Shown here: positions 1-7,453 of the stretch, piece after piece
Layout of the letters: the number at the start of each line of letters is the position of its first letter
Numbering within the stretch: position 1 is the stretch's first letter
IMG/VR virus record: IMGVR_UViG_3300043571_000443
Coordinates: 10,187-74,186 of that record
DNA: 64,000 nucleotides
Strand: one strand, 5' to 3'
Source: a virus
The notes under the pieces: model-generated
Told to the model about the DNA's origin: nothing
The model's database searches: none
What the model saw: only the letters and a program-made list of their open reading frames with translations
Position numbers and translations under genes: made by a program

Positions 1-293
1 GTGGCTTGGCTGGTTTCCGTATCCCAGGTGAGATGCAGAATGCCTTCCATCCGCCCCACCATATCGGTGAATAGCTTGGCCGGTAGCAGGATCTCGCCCT
101 CTACGGCAATGCTGGCCCTGGTCTTGGCGGTAATGGTTACCGCTCCCAGGTCACTGCCTGTCACCGCCAGGGTATCCCCCTCAGCCTTGAGCAGCAGGTT
201 AGCCAGGACAGGGTTGCTGGGCCTGTTTGGCACCGCCCGGTTAGGCAGGGCCATGCTGTTGGCTAGGTCTTTGGCATCAATCGTTAGTTCCAT
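1..293 (-). CDS. dnaN: DNA polymerase III beta sliding clamp homologue (5' part; runs off the window edge)
   Basis: Not in the ORF track. Manual translation from ATG at 293 gives MELTIDAKDLANSMALPNRAVPNRPSNPVLANLLLKAEGDTLAVTGSDL...LLPAKLFTDMV, matching the DnaN N-terminal pattern RAVPxRPxxPVLANxLL and LPAKL. Confidence 0.8.
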   Translation of the reverse strand, partial: MELTIDAKDLANSMALPNRAVPNRPSNPVLANLLLKAEGDTLAVTGSDLGAVTITAKTRASIAVEGEILLPAKLFTDMVGRMEGILHLTWDTETSQA

Positions 294-843
294 GGGTTCT
301 CCAGTTAGTACAAAATTCAATCTCTGTTCCCTGGCTATTGCCGAAGCGGTGCCAGATAAACCAGGCGCTAGTCACCGAGTCGCGGATACCATCGTTGATG
401 CTGTGGTAGTTAAACACGATCAGTTTGGCCGGTGGGTGTTCTGCCAGCCATCTAGCCCGGTTTTCGCAGGGCTCCAGGTAGCTGAGGCGCAACAACATGG
501 CCATGCCCACTCGGCAATTCTGGAAGGCCAGGGGCAGGATCGCTGGGGCCTGGTTGTAGGGTGGGTTGGTGATCACCCAGTCGTAGCAGGCCATCCGGGC
601 CCAGGCTTGTGGATCCGTGGCGTCCATGGTCAGTGCAGCGGGCTTGGTTTCGTCAATGTCGGCGGTATCCACCAGGCGGAACAAGCCAGACTCCTTCAGT
701 ACGTCGCTGATCGCACCCTCGCCATTGCAGGGTTCCAGCACGGTGGCCTGGTTGCGCCAGGGGACAAAGCGATGGCTATCCAGCAAGGCCCAGGTGAGCA
801 GGCCGGGGGTGGGATAGAAGTCGAGGGGTTGGCGGGCAAGCAT
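277..843 (-). CDS. Phage DNA methyltransferase (N6-adenine type)
   Basis: SAM-binding motif VLEPCNGEG and catalytic ITNPPY; N-terminal DFYPTP is typical of small phage MTases. Confidence 0.8.
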   Translation of the reverse strand: MLARQPLDFYPTPGLLTWALLDSHRFVPWRNQATVLEPCNGEGAISDVLKESGLFRLVDTADIDETKPAALTMDATDPQAWARMACYDWVITNPPYNQAPAILPLAFQNCRVGMAMLLRLSYLEPCENRARWLAEHPPAKLIVFNYHSINDGIRDSVTSAWFIWHRFGNSQGTEIEFCTNWRTHGTND

Positions 844-918
844 GGCGGTTGTCCTTAAGTGTGTGGCTGATGGCTGGCGGCTTATGATTGGGTTTCAATA
901 CGGCAAAACACCGCCATT

Positions 919-1152
919 CTAGCCATTGCGCTGAGCCCGTTCGGCGGCGGCTAGCGTTGTTAGATCAGTTCCTAGGGCCGCTGCCAGATCCTCCATAGCC
1001 GCAGGGCTCAGGTGAGGGAATGATCTGCCAGCATCCCAATTACGGACGGTAGACACGGAGACATCTAGTTTCCGCGCCAATTGCTCCTGAGTGAGGCCGG
1101 AGGCCACCCTTAGGGATTTCATAGTTATCTCCTCTTGGCTGGACATTCCCAA
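919..1152 (-). CDS. XRE-family HTH transcriptional regulator
   Basis: LRVASGLTQEQLARKLDVSVSTVRNWDAG helix-turn-helix; divergent from a sigma70-like promoter. Confidence 0.85.
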   Translation of the reverse strand: MGMSSQEEITMKSLRVASGLTQEQLARKLDVSVSTVRNWDAGRSFPHLSPAAMEDLAAALGTDLTTLAAAERAQRNG

Positions 1153-1248
1153 TTATCACGCAGATCTCCCAAATCAGGGTAACACAATACCTGATGCTTT
1201 CTTGGGATACCTATAAGCGATAGCTATTAGAATATTGCTATTAATGAG

Positions 1249-1278
1249 TTGACAGATACCAAGCCCAGGCCCTACTAT
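1249..1278 (+). promoter_or_regulatory. Sigma70-like promoter for the early rightward operon
   Basis: TTGACA-18 nt-TACTAT upstream of the ORF at 1402. Confidence 0.55.
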
Positions 1279-1401
1279 TGAAATATCGACAGCAACCCAC
1301 AGCCGCTAGCTAATAGCCGGGTTCTGTCAGTCCAGAGAAAAGGGGTCCGTCGCGCCAACGACTCGCCCCAAGTTCAATCCACTTACAAAGGATCTTCCCT
1401 A

Positions 1402-1728
1402 ATGATACGCCAAATTTCCGTAACCGTCCTGGCCGCTTCCCTTTCCCTGTCTGCCCTGCCCACTATGCCCTCCGCGACTGCCGTGGCCTCGCGTGGGGAC
1501 GGCTACTGCCCATCGGAGCGCTACAGCTCCGATCCCGACTGTGCCCGCGAAGGCGCTCAACAGTTGAACAAGTCTAGCCGCGACGAGTATCCTCGCTGCC
1601 GCAATTGGAGAGCGGGCCAGCCCCGCCCCGCTGGCTGTCGCCGCAGCGCTGCCGTGCTAGCCAGCGCCGAAAGCGACAAGCGGGATCAATGGCCAGATCG
1701 CACCCCTCAGCCTGGCCACCTGGGCTAG
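1402..1728 (+). CDS. Small secreted Cys-containing protein
   Basis: Signal-peptide-like N-terminus; preceded by the CCACTTAC...AGGA leader. Confidence 0.55.
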   Translation: MIRQISVTVLAASLSLSALPTMPSATAVASRGDGYCPSERYSSDPDCAREGAQQLNKSSRDEYPRCRNWRAGQPRPAGCRRSAAVLASAESDKRDQWPDRTPQPGHLG

Positions 1729-1799
1729 AGTCCCCTGGGGCTGGCCCTCGCTGGCCCCAACTTGTTCCGCCACATCCACACCACTTACAGAGAACCACC

Positions 1800-2084
1800 A
1801 TGTATCCCACTACCATCGAACGCTACGAGCCCACCGTCCTGGACCTAGTCCAAGAGCCGATCAGCGACGATCCCCGAGTGAAAATTTACGTCGCCCAGGT
1901 CATCTACCCTTCCGGGGAATGGTTTAACCTTCATGTCCGGGTCATCCCTGGCCGTGGTGAAGTGTTCCTAGCCACTCAGCTAGCTGGGATCTTTGTTGAT
2001 GAAGTCCCTGGGGCCAGGATAGGCGATGTGTCCTGCCCCGCTGATGTGCGGGCCGAAGTGTTTTCTGACGACGACGAATTCTAA
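1800..2084 (+). CDS. Hypothetical early protein
   Basis: ATG at 1800 after CCACTTACAGAG; acidic C-terminus. Confidence 0.6.
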   Translation: MYPTTIERYEPTVLDLVQEPISDDPRVKIYVAQVIYPSGEWFNLHVRVIPGRGEVFLATQLAGIFVDEVPGARIGDVSCPADVRAEVFSDDDEF

Positions 2085-2123
2085 ACCACGCTGGGGCCTC
2101 CGGGCCCCTTAGGAGAACCACCC

Positions 2124-2600
2124 ATGGCCGCAACTTTACTGACTGCTACCGTCGAGACCATTGGCAAGCCTAAGACCAGCAAGTACGAAGGCAAGCCCGA
2201 CTACCGCCCGGTGGCCTTCAAGCTGCCGGATGGTAGCGAAGTTTGGCGCAACTACAACGTTGGATCGCCTGAACTAGCTTGGCTGCAACGTGGCCAGGCT
2301 TACCAAGTAGTCCTTGACGGCGACAGCGTGACTCCAGTGCAGCCGGAGCAAGCCACTAGCCAGCCACAGGCCCAGCCTAGCCAGCCTGCTACTGGCTATC
2401 AGTCAGCGCCCAGGCTAGACCAGATGGCCAGGGAGGAAAAGGCTGAAATTATCAGCTACATCACCTCCCTGGCTGGCCTCTACGCCTACGCCTACCAACA
2501 GGCCCAGGCTACGCTGACGCCCCATGGCGCACCCCTGGAGGCGATCCAGGCGGCTGCATCTACCACATTCATCCAGGCTGCTAGGCGCTTTCAACTGTGA
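2124..2600 (+). CDS. Hypothetical protein (possibly ssDNA-binding or recombination related)
   Basis: AGGAG RBS; beta-rich N-terminal domain, Q/P linker, helical C-terminus. Function is a guess. Confidence 0.55.
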   Translation: MAATLLTATVETIGKPKTSKYEGKPDYRPVAFKLPDGSEVWRNYNVGSPELAWLQRGQAYQVVLDGDSVTPVQPEQATSQPQAQPSQPATGYQSAPRLDQMAREEKAEIISYITSLAGLYAYAYQQAQATLTPHGAPLEAIQAAASTTFIQAARRFQL

Positions 2601-2778
2601 GCGCCACCATCGCCCGGCTGCGCCCCTGCCTGGCTGGGCGGCTATCCATTTTCCTGCACACACGGGCCCAGCACCTGCGCCAGATCATTGCTAGGCACCC
2701 TAAGGATAGGGCTGCACAGCAAGAGCTAGAGCTAGTGCTAGCCCAGATCAAGTACCTGCCTTTTATCGAGGAATAAGC

Positions 2779-2988
2779 ATGAACCTGCTACCCGCTGACC
2801 CGACCCGCGCCGAAATCCTGTCCTGCGCCATCGCCTACCTAGCCTACTGGCGGGGTGAGCTGGAGTCTGCGCTAGATGCAGCCAATGTGCTGCACAACAA
2901 CATCAATGCCCTCCAGGGCGACTTAGCCGCTGCCCTGTTTGCTGAAATGGCCAAGGTGAACCAGGCCCGGCTGGAGGAAGAACCATGA
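2779..2988 (+). CDS. Hypothetical protein
   Basis: GAGGA RBS; in the early operon. Confidence 0.55.
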   Translation: MNLLPADPTRAEILSCAIAYLAYWRGELESALDAANVLHNNINALQGDLAAALFAEMAKVNQARLEEEP

Positions 2989-3132
2989 AACGACGCAAGT
3001 CTTTGGCCGACAACGTGGCCGCTGAACTACGCCGGGAACTACGGCAACAGCAGCAAGGCCAGGAAACACAGCAAAGCCAGCAACAGGGCTGGTAGGAAAC
3101 CCTGCAGCAACAACTAGACGAGGTGTATTGAT

Positions 3133-3321
3133 ATGGCAACCTATGTTTTTCAGTGGGAAAAAGTTTATTCCCGGGGGATGGTAGAAGGCAGCTCCACTAT
3201 CCAGATCACCAGCGGAGACATCCGCATGGGTATCACTGCGGCTCAATTGCAGATCGCTCAGATCCATGCAGTGTCTCCGAACCAAGTCCACATCCGCGAC
3301 ATCCAGCGGATCCATGTTTAA
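3133..3321 (+). CDS. Hypothetical protein
   Basis: GAGGTG RBS; in the early operon. Confidence 0.5.
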   Translation: MATYVFQWEKVYSRGMVEGSSTIQITSGDIRMGITAAQLQIAQIHAVSPNQVHIRDIQRIHV

Positions 3322-3530
3322 CACCCTGGGGGGAGACTAACCAGGCCACTTACAGAGGAAGACTATGAACACCATCCAACCCGCCGATCTGCCCGTGCCC
3401 GCCAGCCAAGGCATTGCCAGCCCAGTCGATGCAGCCCTGTTTGCGGTGACTGGTGCCGTTGTGATTGCCATTGCCGCAGCGGAAAACCGGGAGAAAGGCA
3501 AGAAAAAGTAAGTCTTTTGCTGCCACCCAA

Positions 3531-3553
3531 GCCCCGGGCTGGCCGGGGTTTTA
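3531..3553 (+). terminator. Intrinsic terminator
   Basis: CCCCGG-GCTGG-CCGGGG hairpin plus T-run. Related terminators occur at 3681, 21347, 41806, 42168 and 43051. Confidence 0.7.
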
Positions 3554-3567
3554 TCTTGACTCTGGCG

Positions 3568-3630
3568 AGTCCCCACCCTGGTGGGAGTGTTTCAATTTGC
3601 AGTTTGCTATCCCACTTTGGTGGGAGCAAA
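3568..3630 (+). repeat. Two-copy CCCAC-N4-GTGGG hairpin cluster between two terminators
   Basis: CCCCACCCTGGTGGGAG at 3571 and TCCCACTTTGGTGGGAG at 3610. Confidence 0.65.
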
Positions 3631-3680
3631 ACCCAAACGTAAGCAAATTGCGGTAGACTGGATTTGTTAGATGCACTTCA

Positions 3681-3703
3681 GCCCCGGCCACCCGGGGTTT
3701 TTT
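3681..3703 (+). terminator. Intrinsic terminator
   Basis: CCCCGG-CCAC-CCGGGG followed by TTTTTT. Confidence 0.7.
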
Positions 3704-3723
3704 GTTGTGGGCATCCTGGATCC

Positions 3724-4347
3724 ATGGCAACCAAGAAACCCACACCAAAGCTACGATCCAAGCACGCCCCCAAGCCAGCTCCTGGTGCTAGGCGGGGTAA
3801 CCGGCAGGTGGTAAAGACTTCCGGCCAGCCTGCTACGCCAGCCTGCAAGGAGCGGGCCTTTGAGCTGTACTGCGAGCTGGGGCCACAATGGGCCGAAATA
3901 TCTAGGCGACTGAAGGGCGAAGGCTTTGACCGCTGTGGCAATACGACGATCAGCGGCTGGGCCAAGGCAGGCGACTGGCACGCCAGGAAGCTAGCTATGA
4001 CTGAAGCGCCAGGCGAGGCGGCAAAGGTGCCCCACAAGACCAAGGCAGCACCGCCCCCACCGCCAGCGACAGACCTGGGCAGCTACCGCACCAAGAAAAC
4101 CAACCTGGAGCATGTCAGGACGGCCATTGAGCAGGTGGTGCAGTCCATCTGTGATGCACGGGCCACCAGCGACCTGCGGGCCATTGGTAGCCTAGCAACG
4201 GCGTTGGTAAAGCTGATTGAACTTGAGGGGAAATTAAGCCCCGCCACGGCAGCCGAACTAGCGGCTAGGGCCGTAGAGCTGGGTATGGATCCAGAACAAT
4301 TTGTGGCGGCATTGGCAGAGCAATGGCGGATCGCCAAAGCTGGGTAA
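3724..4347 (+). CDS. Putative terminase small subunit (HTH)
   Basis: RAFELY...AEISRRL...TTISGWAKAGDW HTH pattern plus helical C-terminus; preceded by the late-motif variant GGGCATCCTG at 3709. Confidence 0.5.
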   Translation: MATKKPTPKLRSKHAPKPAPGARRGNRQVVKTSGQPATPACKERAFELYCELGPQWAEISRRLKGEGFDRCGNTTISGWAKAGDWHARKLAMTEAPGEAAKVPHKTKAAPPPPPATDLGSYRTKKTNLEHVRTAIEQVVQSICDARATSDLRAIGSLATALVKLIELEGKLSPATAAELAARAVELGMDPEQFVAALAEQWRIAKAG

Positions 4348-4350
4348 GCG

Positions 4351-4440
4351 CTCCCACGGGGTGGGGTTGCTCAGGGCAAAGAATAACTCCCACGATGGTG
4401 GGGTGATCTAGCGACCGGAGCGACTCCCACCGAAGTGGGG
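4351..4440 (-). repeat. Three short-period (36-37 bp) hairpin units adjoining the CRISPR-like array
   Basis: CTCCCAC-N3-4-GTGGGG at 4351, 4387 and 4424. Confidence 0.7.
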
Positions 4441-4457
4441 CTGGGCTGCTGGGTTTG

Positions 4458-4832
4458 GAAAAACCCCCACCGAAGTGGAGAGGCGTTTGCGAACAGGCCG
4501 GGGAGGGGCCGGGGGCCGGGGCATGGTGGGGAGAAACCCCCACCGAAGTGGGGAGGTGGTTGCGAGTTGTCAAGGCTGACTTTGAAGCTGGCGTGGCGGT
4601 CGAGAAACCCCCACCGCAGTGGGGAGGTGCTTGCGAGTGTGCTTAGCAGAGCCCTTGATGCCAGCCTAGGCGACGAGAAACCCCCACCGAAGTGGGGTGT
4701 GCTTTGCGAGAACCCGCTGATCGAGGGCTTGACGCTTCGAGACTGGGAGAAACCCCCACCGAAGCGGGGAGGTCTTTGCGAGCAGTTAGGACAAATTGAC
4801 TCGAAGACGGAAAAACCCCCACCGGAGTGGGA
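4458..4832 (-). CRISPR. CRISPR-like array: five 36-nt repeats plus one partial repeat; spacers of 37, 35, 37, 36 and 27 nt
   Basis: Repeats GAGAAACCCCCACCGAAGTGGGGAGGTGnTTGCGAG (+ strand) start at 4458, 4531, 4602, 4675 and 4747, with a partial copy at 4810. Periods of 73, 71, 73 and 72 are not all multiples of 3. Orientation is inferred from the hairpin position. Confidence 0.75.
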
Positions 4833-4931
4833 TCCACCACTGTCACCACAAATTGTCAATGTCCTGCCTACCACTATAGCACACATCCACCAACCTGGGC
4901 ACCCTATAAAAAATTCTCTGAGGGATCCACC

Positions 4932-5084
4932 ATGAGCGAGGACATCAAGCGCCAAGTTCAAGCCATTGCACTGGAGATTGCCCGCCGCGAGGTCTTTGAA
5001 CACGAGCTCCGCTTCACTCTGTCCGGTGCCCTGCTGGGCGCTGTCGCGGTGCTGTCCTGGCTGGTAGCCACGGGGCGGTTCTAG
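4932..5084 (+). CDS. Small single-TM protein
   Basis: C-terminal hydrophobic helix; preceded by GGGCACCCTA at 4897. Confidence 0.5.
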   Translation: MSEDIKRQVQAIALEIARREVFEHELRFTLSGALLGAVAVLSWLVATGRF

Positions 5085-5086
5085 GG

Positions 5087-5563
5087 CTACGACACCTTGA
5101 TCTCGCCATCCTGGGAACCGGCATAGCCCTCTTTGGCCAGCAGGAACCGGCCATCATAGCCATCCCCCACAAAAGCCCGCACAGCTTCGTAACCGACTGG
5201 CTGGATATACCAGACATAGGCAAAGTTCTTGGCCTCAGCGGTGCCTAGCAGGGTGCCTAGCTGGGCCGCTGTCACCTGGAGTAGGCCAGCCTGGCTGCTA
5301 GCGGTATTGGTGCTGCGGGTAATGCCAGAGCCTATGCTGAGCGACAGCGCTGGCGTAGTGCTGATCGGCTTAAACTTTTTGTCCAGCTCGAAAAACCGTA
5401 CCGATATACTGGCATTGGTGTAGTTGGTGGCAGTATCCGCACTAGGGCGGGTGAATCGCCAGGTTAGCCCGGCTAGGCCAGCTCCCACCAGCACCGTCTT
5501 TCCGTTCAAAGCATCAGTCACAGTCGCAGTCCTCCAGGCTAAGTGTGGGTGCAATGGATCCAA
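5087..5563 (-). CDS. Tail-associated structural protein (putative)
   Basis: Last gene of an overlapping minus-strand tail-fibre operon; beta-rich and S/T-rich. Confidence 0.55.
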   Translation of the reverse strand: MDPLHPHLAWRTATVTDALNGKTVLVGAGLAGLTWRFTRPSADTATNYTNASISVRFFELDKKFKPISTTPALSLSIGSGITRSTNTASSQAGLLQVTAAQLGTLLGTAEAKNFAYVWYIQPVGYEAVRAFVGDGYDGRFLLAKEGYAGSQDGEIKVS

Positions 5564-5801
5564 TATTCAACCCTGCGATAATGGCCGCTACCGCTAGGGC
5601 TGGGGCCAGGGTGGTCAGATCCAGGCTAGGAATAGTGCTAGCCAGTTCCAGGCTAGGATGCTGGGCTAGCAGGTCCAGGGCAGGGGCAAGGCTATCCAGG
5701 TGGATGCAGGGGATGCACTTGAGCAGGCGTAGCCCCAGGATCAGGCCAGGGTGCAGGCCAAGGGGATAGAGGGTGCCGGTTAGGCCGAGGGGGTAGATCA
5801 T
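5514..5801 (-). CDS. Hypothetical protein
   Basis: ATGA overlap with the upstream gene. Confidence 0.4.
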   Translation of the reverse strand: MIYPLGLTGTLYPLGLHPGLILGLRLLKCIPCIHLDSLAPALDLLAQHPSLELASTIPSLDLTTLAPALAVAAIIAGLNIGSIAPTLSLEDCDCD

Positions 5802-6217
5802 GGCAATGGCACCCGGTCGACGGCAGACTGGGCGTCGATGGCAGGGTTGCCCTGATCGTCTTGTAGGGCAAATACTTTCCGCACGGTGCCATCCGGGTTG
5901 TATTGGGTGGCAGTGCTATTGGGGTAGTCGATCTTGAAGCGCCCCAGGGTAAAGGCTTGGGCCAGGGCCAGGGTGCTAGCAATGTCCGGGTTCACAGCAC
6001 CCACCACATCGACCCCAAGCGGCACGGCCCCAGCGTTGGCAAACCAGCGCACCTCGCCGCCTGCATCAGGTAGCTCCACTACCGCCCGCCAGATGCCGCC
6101 GCCCAGGTGGGTAGGATTTTGCAAAGCACCCAGGGTGGTGCCGTCGAATAGGCGATACTGCACCCCGCTGGTATAGCGAGAGCCCAGGATCGCAGCACTG
6201 GTGATAGTTTGGGTCAT
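5798..6217 (-). CDS. Virion-associated hypothetical protein
   Basis: Translationally coupled within the tail-fibre operon. Confidence 0.6.
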   Translation of the reverse strand: MTQTITSAAILGSRYTSGVQYRLFDGTTLGALQNPTHLGGGIWRAVVELPDAGGEVRWFANAGAVPLGVDVVGAVNPDIASTLALAQAFTLGRFKIDYPNSTATQYNPDGTVRKVFALQDDQGNPAIDAQSAVDRVPLP

Positions 6218-6516
6218 TAGGCGACTCCTATGGCAGTAATAGCGCCATCGGTGCGGGTAATGGTCTTGGTACGCACTACCGCAGGGCTGCGGGTGTAGTC
6301 AGTCTCGGTGATGCTGGTAATGGCGCCATTGGTGCGGGTGATGTCTTTGCGGTATAGCTCCGCCCCGCCATTGCTGACATAGATGCTAATCCGCGTAATA
6401 GCGCCATTGGTGCGAGTAATGGTCTTGTAGAACGGTTCAGGCCGCAAGGAGACCAAGGGCAGGACGCTGGTGGTTTCCAGGTTGCCCGAACCGTTTAGCT
6501 GGATTGCCTTTGCCAT
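6217..6516 (-). CDS. Small repeat protein (KxITRTNGAIT x3)
   Basis: Three internal repeats; coupled within the operon. Confidence 0.65.
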   Translation of the reverse strand: MAKAIQLNGSGNLETTSVLPLVSLRPEPFYKTITRTNGAITRISIYVSNGGAELYRKDITRTNGAITSITETDYTRSPAVVRTKTITRTDGAITAIGVA

Positions 6517-6520
6517 GGCG

Positions 6521-7042
6521 CTACACCACTGTCAAGGTGATAGGTGGGTCATTTTCAAACACAATTGACGTGGCTGAAATCGCATTGCCAAGTCGTTGTA
6601 GGATGACGTTCGCGCCAGGGGTGGCAGGGGCGGTAGACGAGAAGGCCCCTGCCGCTGTGGCGCTCAAGAATACCGTGCCCACTGTGGCACCGGTGACGGC
6701 GGTATTGCGCCCAGATAGGTACACCGTGGCATTAGCGGGAGAGGTCACCCCCGTCAGCACATAGCCAAAAGCTTGTCGTCCGTTACTTGCATCTGCTTTC
6801 CTGGCGGTTGGAGTGCCGGAGTTGTCAAAGATATTCACAAAGTCGCCAGCCGTCAGGTTTTCACTGGTGGGCAAGAGTACCGTCTGAAGCTCAACCCCAG
6901 GGGGCAAGAAGGTGGTATCCAGCAGACCCGAGCTATTGGTAGCGATCAGCTTGTTGGCGTCGCCTGCCCCAGCACTGCTGCTAGGCGCTTCGGTTAGGGT
7001 AGTGGTGCCGCTTACAACGGTCAAAAACTTTTTCGTAGTCAT
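6521..7042 (-). CDS. Virion structural or fibre accessory protein
   Basis: T/A/G-rich; KADAS motif shared with the neighbouring gene (YADSS). Confidence 0.6.
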   Translation of the reverse strand: MTTKKFLTVVSGTTTLTEAPSSSAGAGDANKLIATNSSGLLDTTFLPPGVELQTVLLPTSENLTAGDFVNIFDNSGTPTARKADASNGRQAFGYVLTGVTSPANATVYLSGRNTAVTGATVGTVFLSATAAGAFSSTAPATPGANVILQRLGNAISATSIVFENDPPITLTVV

Positions 7043-7046
7043 GGGG

Positions 7047-7445
7047 TCAGATTCCTAAGAGAATGGGAACAGGTTGAAGAAGATTGATCGTCGTGGCTGA
7101 GACTGGCTGGGCTAGCACTAGCAGGATGCCCGTTGCCGGTGGCGTCTGGGTAAGCTGGCCATTGGTGCCCAAAAATATCGGGCTACCTCTGATCCAATTC
7201 CACACCGCATCGCTGATCTCGCCCAGTCGGTAGGCCACGCCTTCGGCGTCCTGGGGAACTGCATAGGGCAAGATGCCAGCGACTCGGTAGGCATGGCTGG
7301 GGGTGCTGCTATCTGCATAGGCAAACTGGCCAGCGTTGTCGAGAATCACCACCCTGAGGGCCGATAGGTTGATGCTGGCGGTAGCGGTGGTGACCGCATC
7401 ACCGAGGTCAGGGAGTAATGAGACTGCCTTGTAAATAACGCCCAT
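7047..7445 (-). CDS. Virion structural or fibre accessory protein
   Basis: IFLGTNGQLTQTPP motif typical of small phage fibre/decoration proteins; GAGGAG RBS. Confidence 0.6.
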   Translation of the reverse strand: MGVIYKAVSLLPDLGDAVTTATASINLSALRVVILDNAGQFAYADSSTPSHAYRVAGILPYAVPQDAEGVAYRLGEISDAVWNWIRGSPIFLGTNGQLTQTPPATGILLVLAQPVSATTINLLQPVPILLGI

Positions 7446-7453
7446 AGCTCCTC

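Noticed and set aside
1-858. 285-aa ORF on the + strand
   Set aside because: Antisense shadow of the dnaN and methyltransferase genes.
4371-5003. ORFs 4371-5003 (-) and 4435-4935 (+) with PHFGGGF / EKPPPKW repeats
   Set aside because: The repeat periods (73, 71, 73, 72) shift frame, so the peptide repeats are by-products of a non-coding array.
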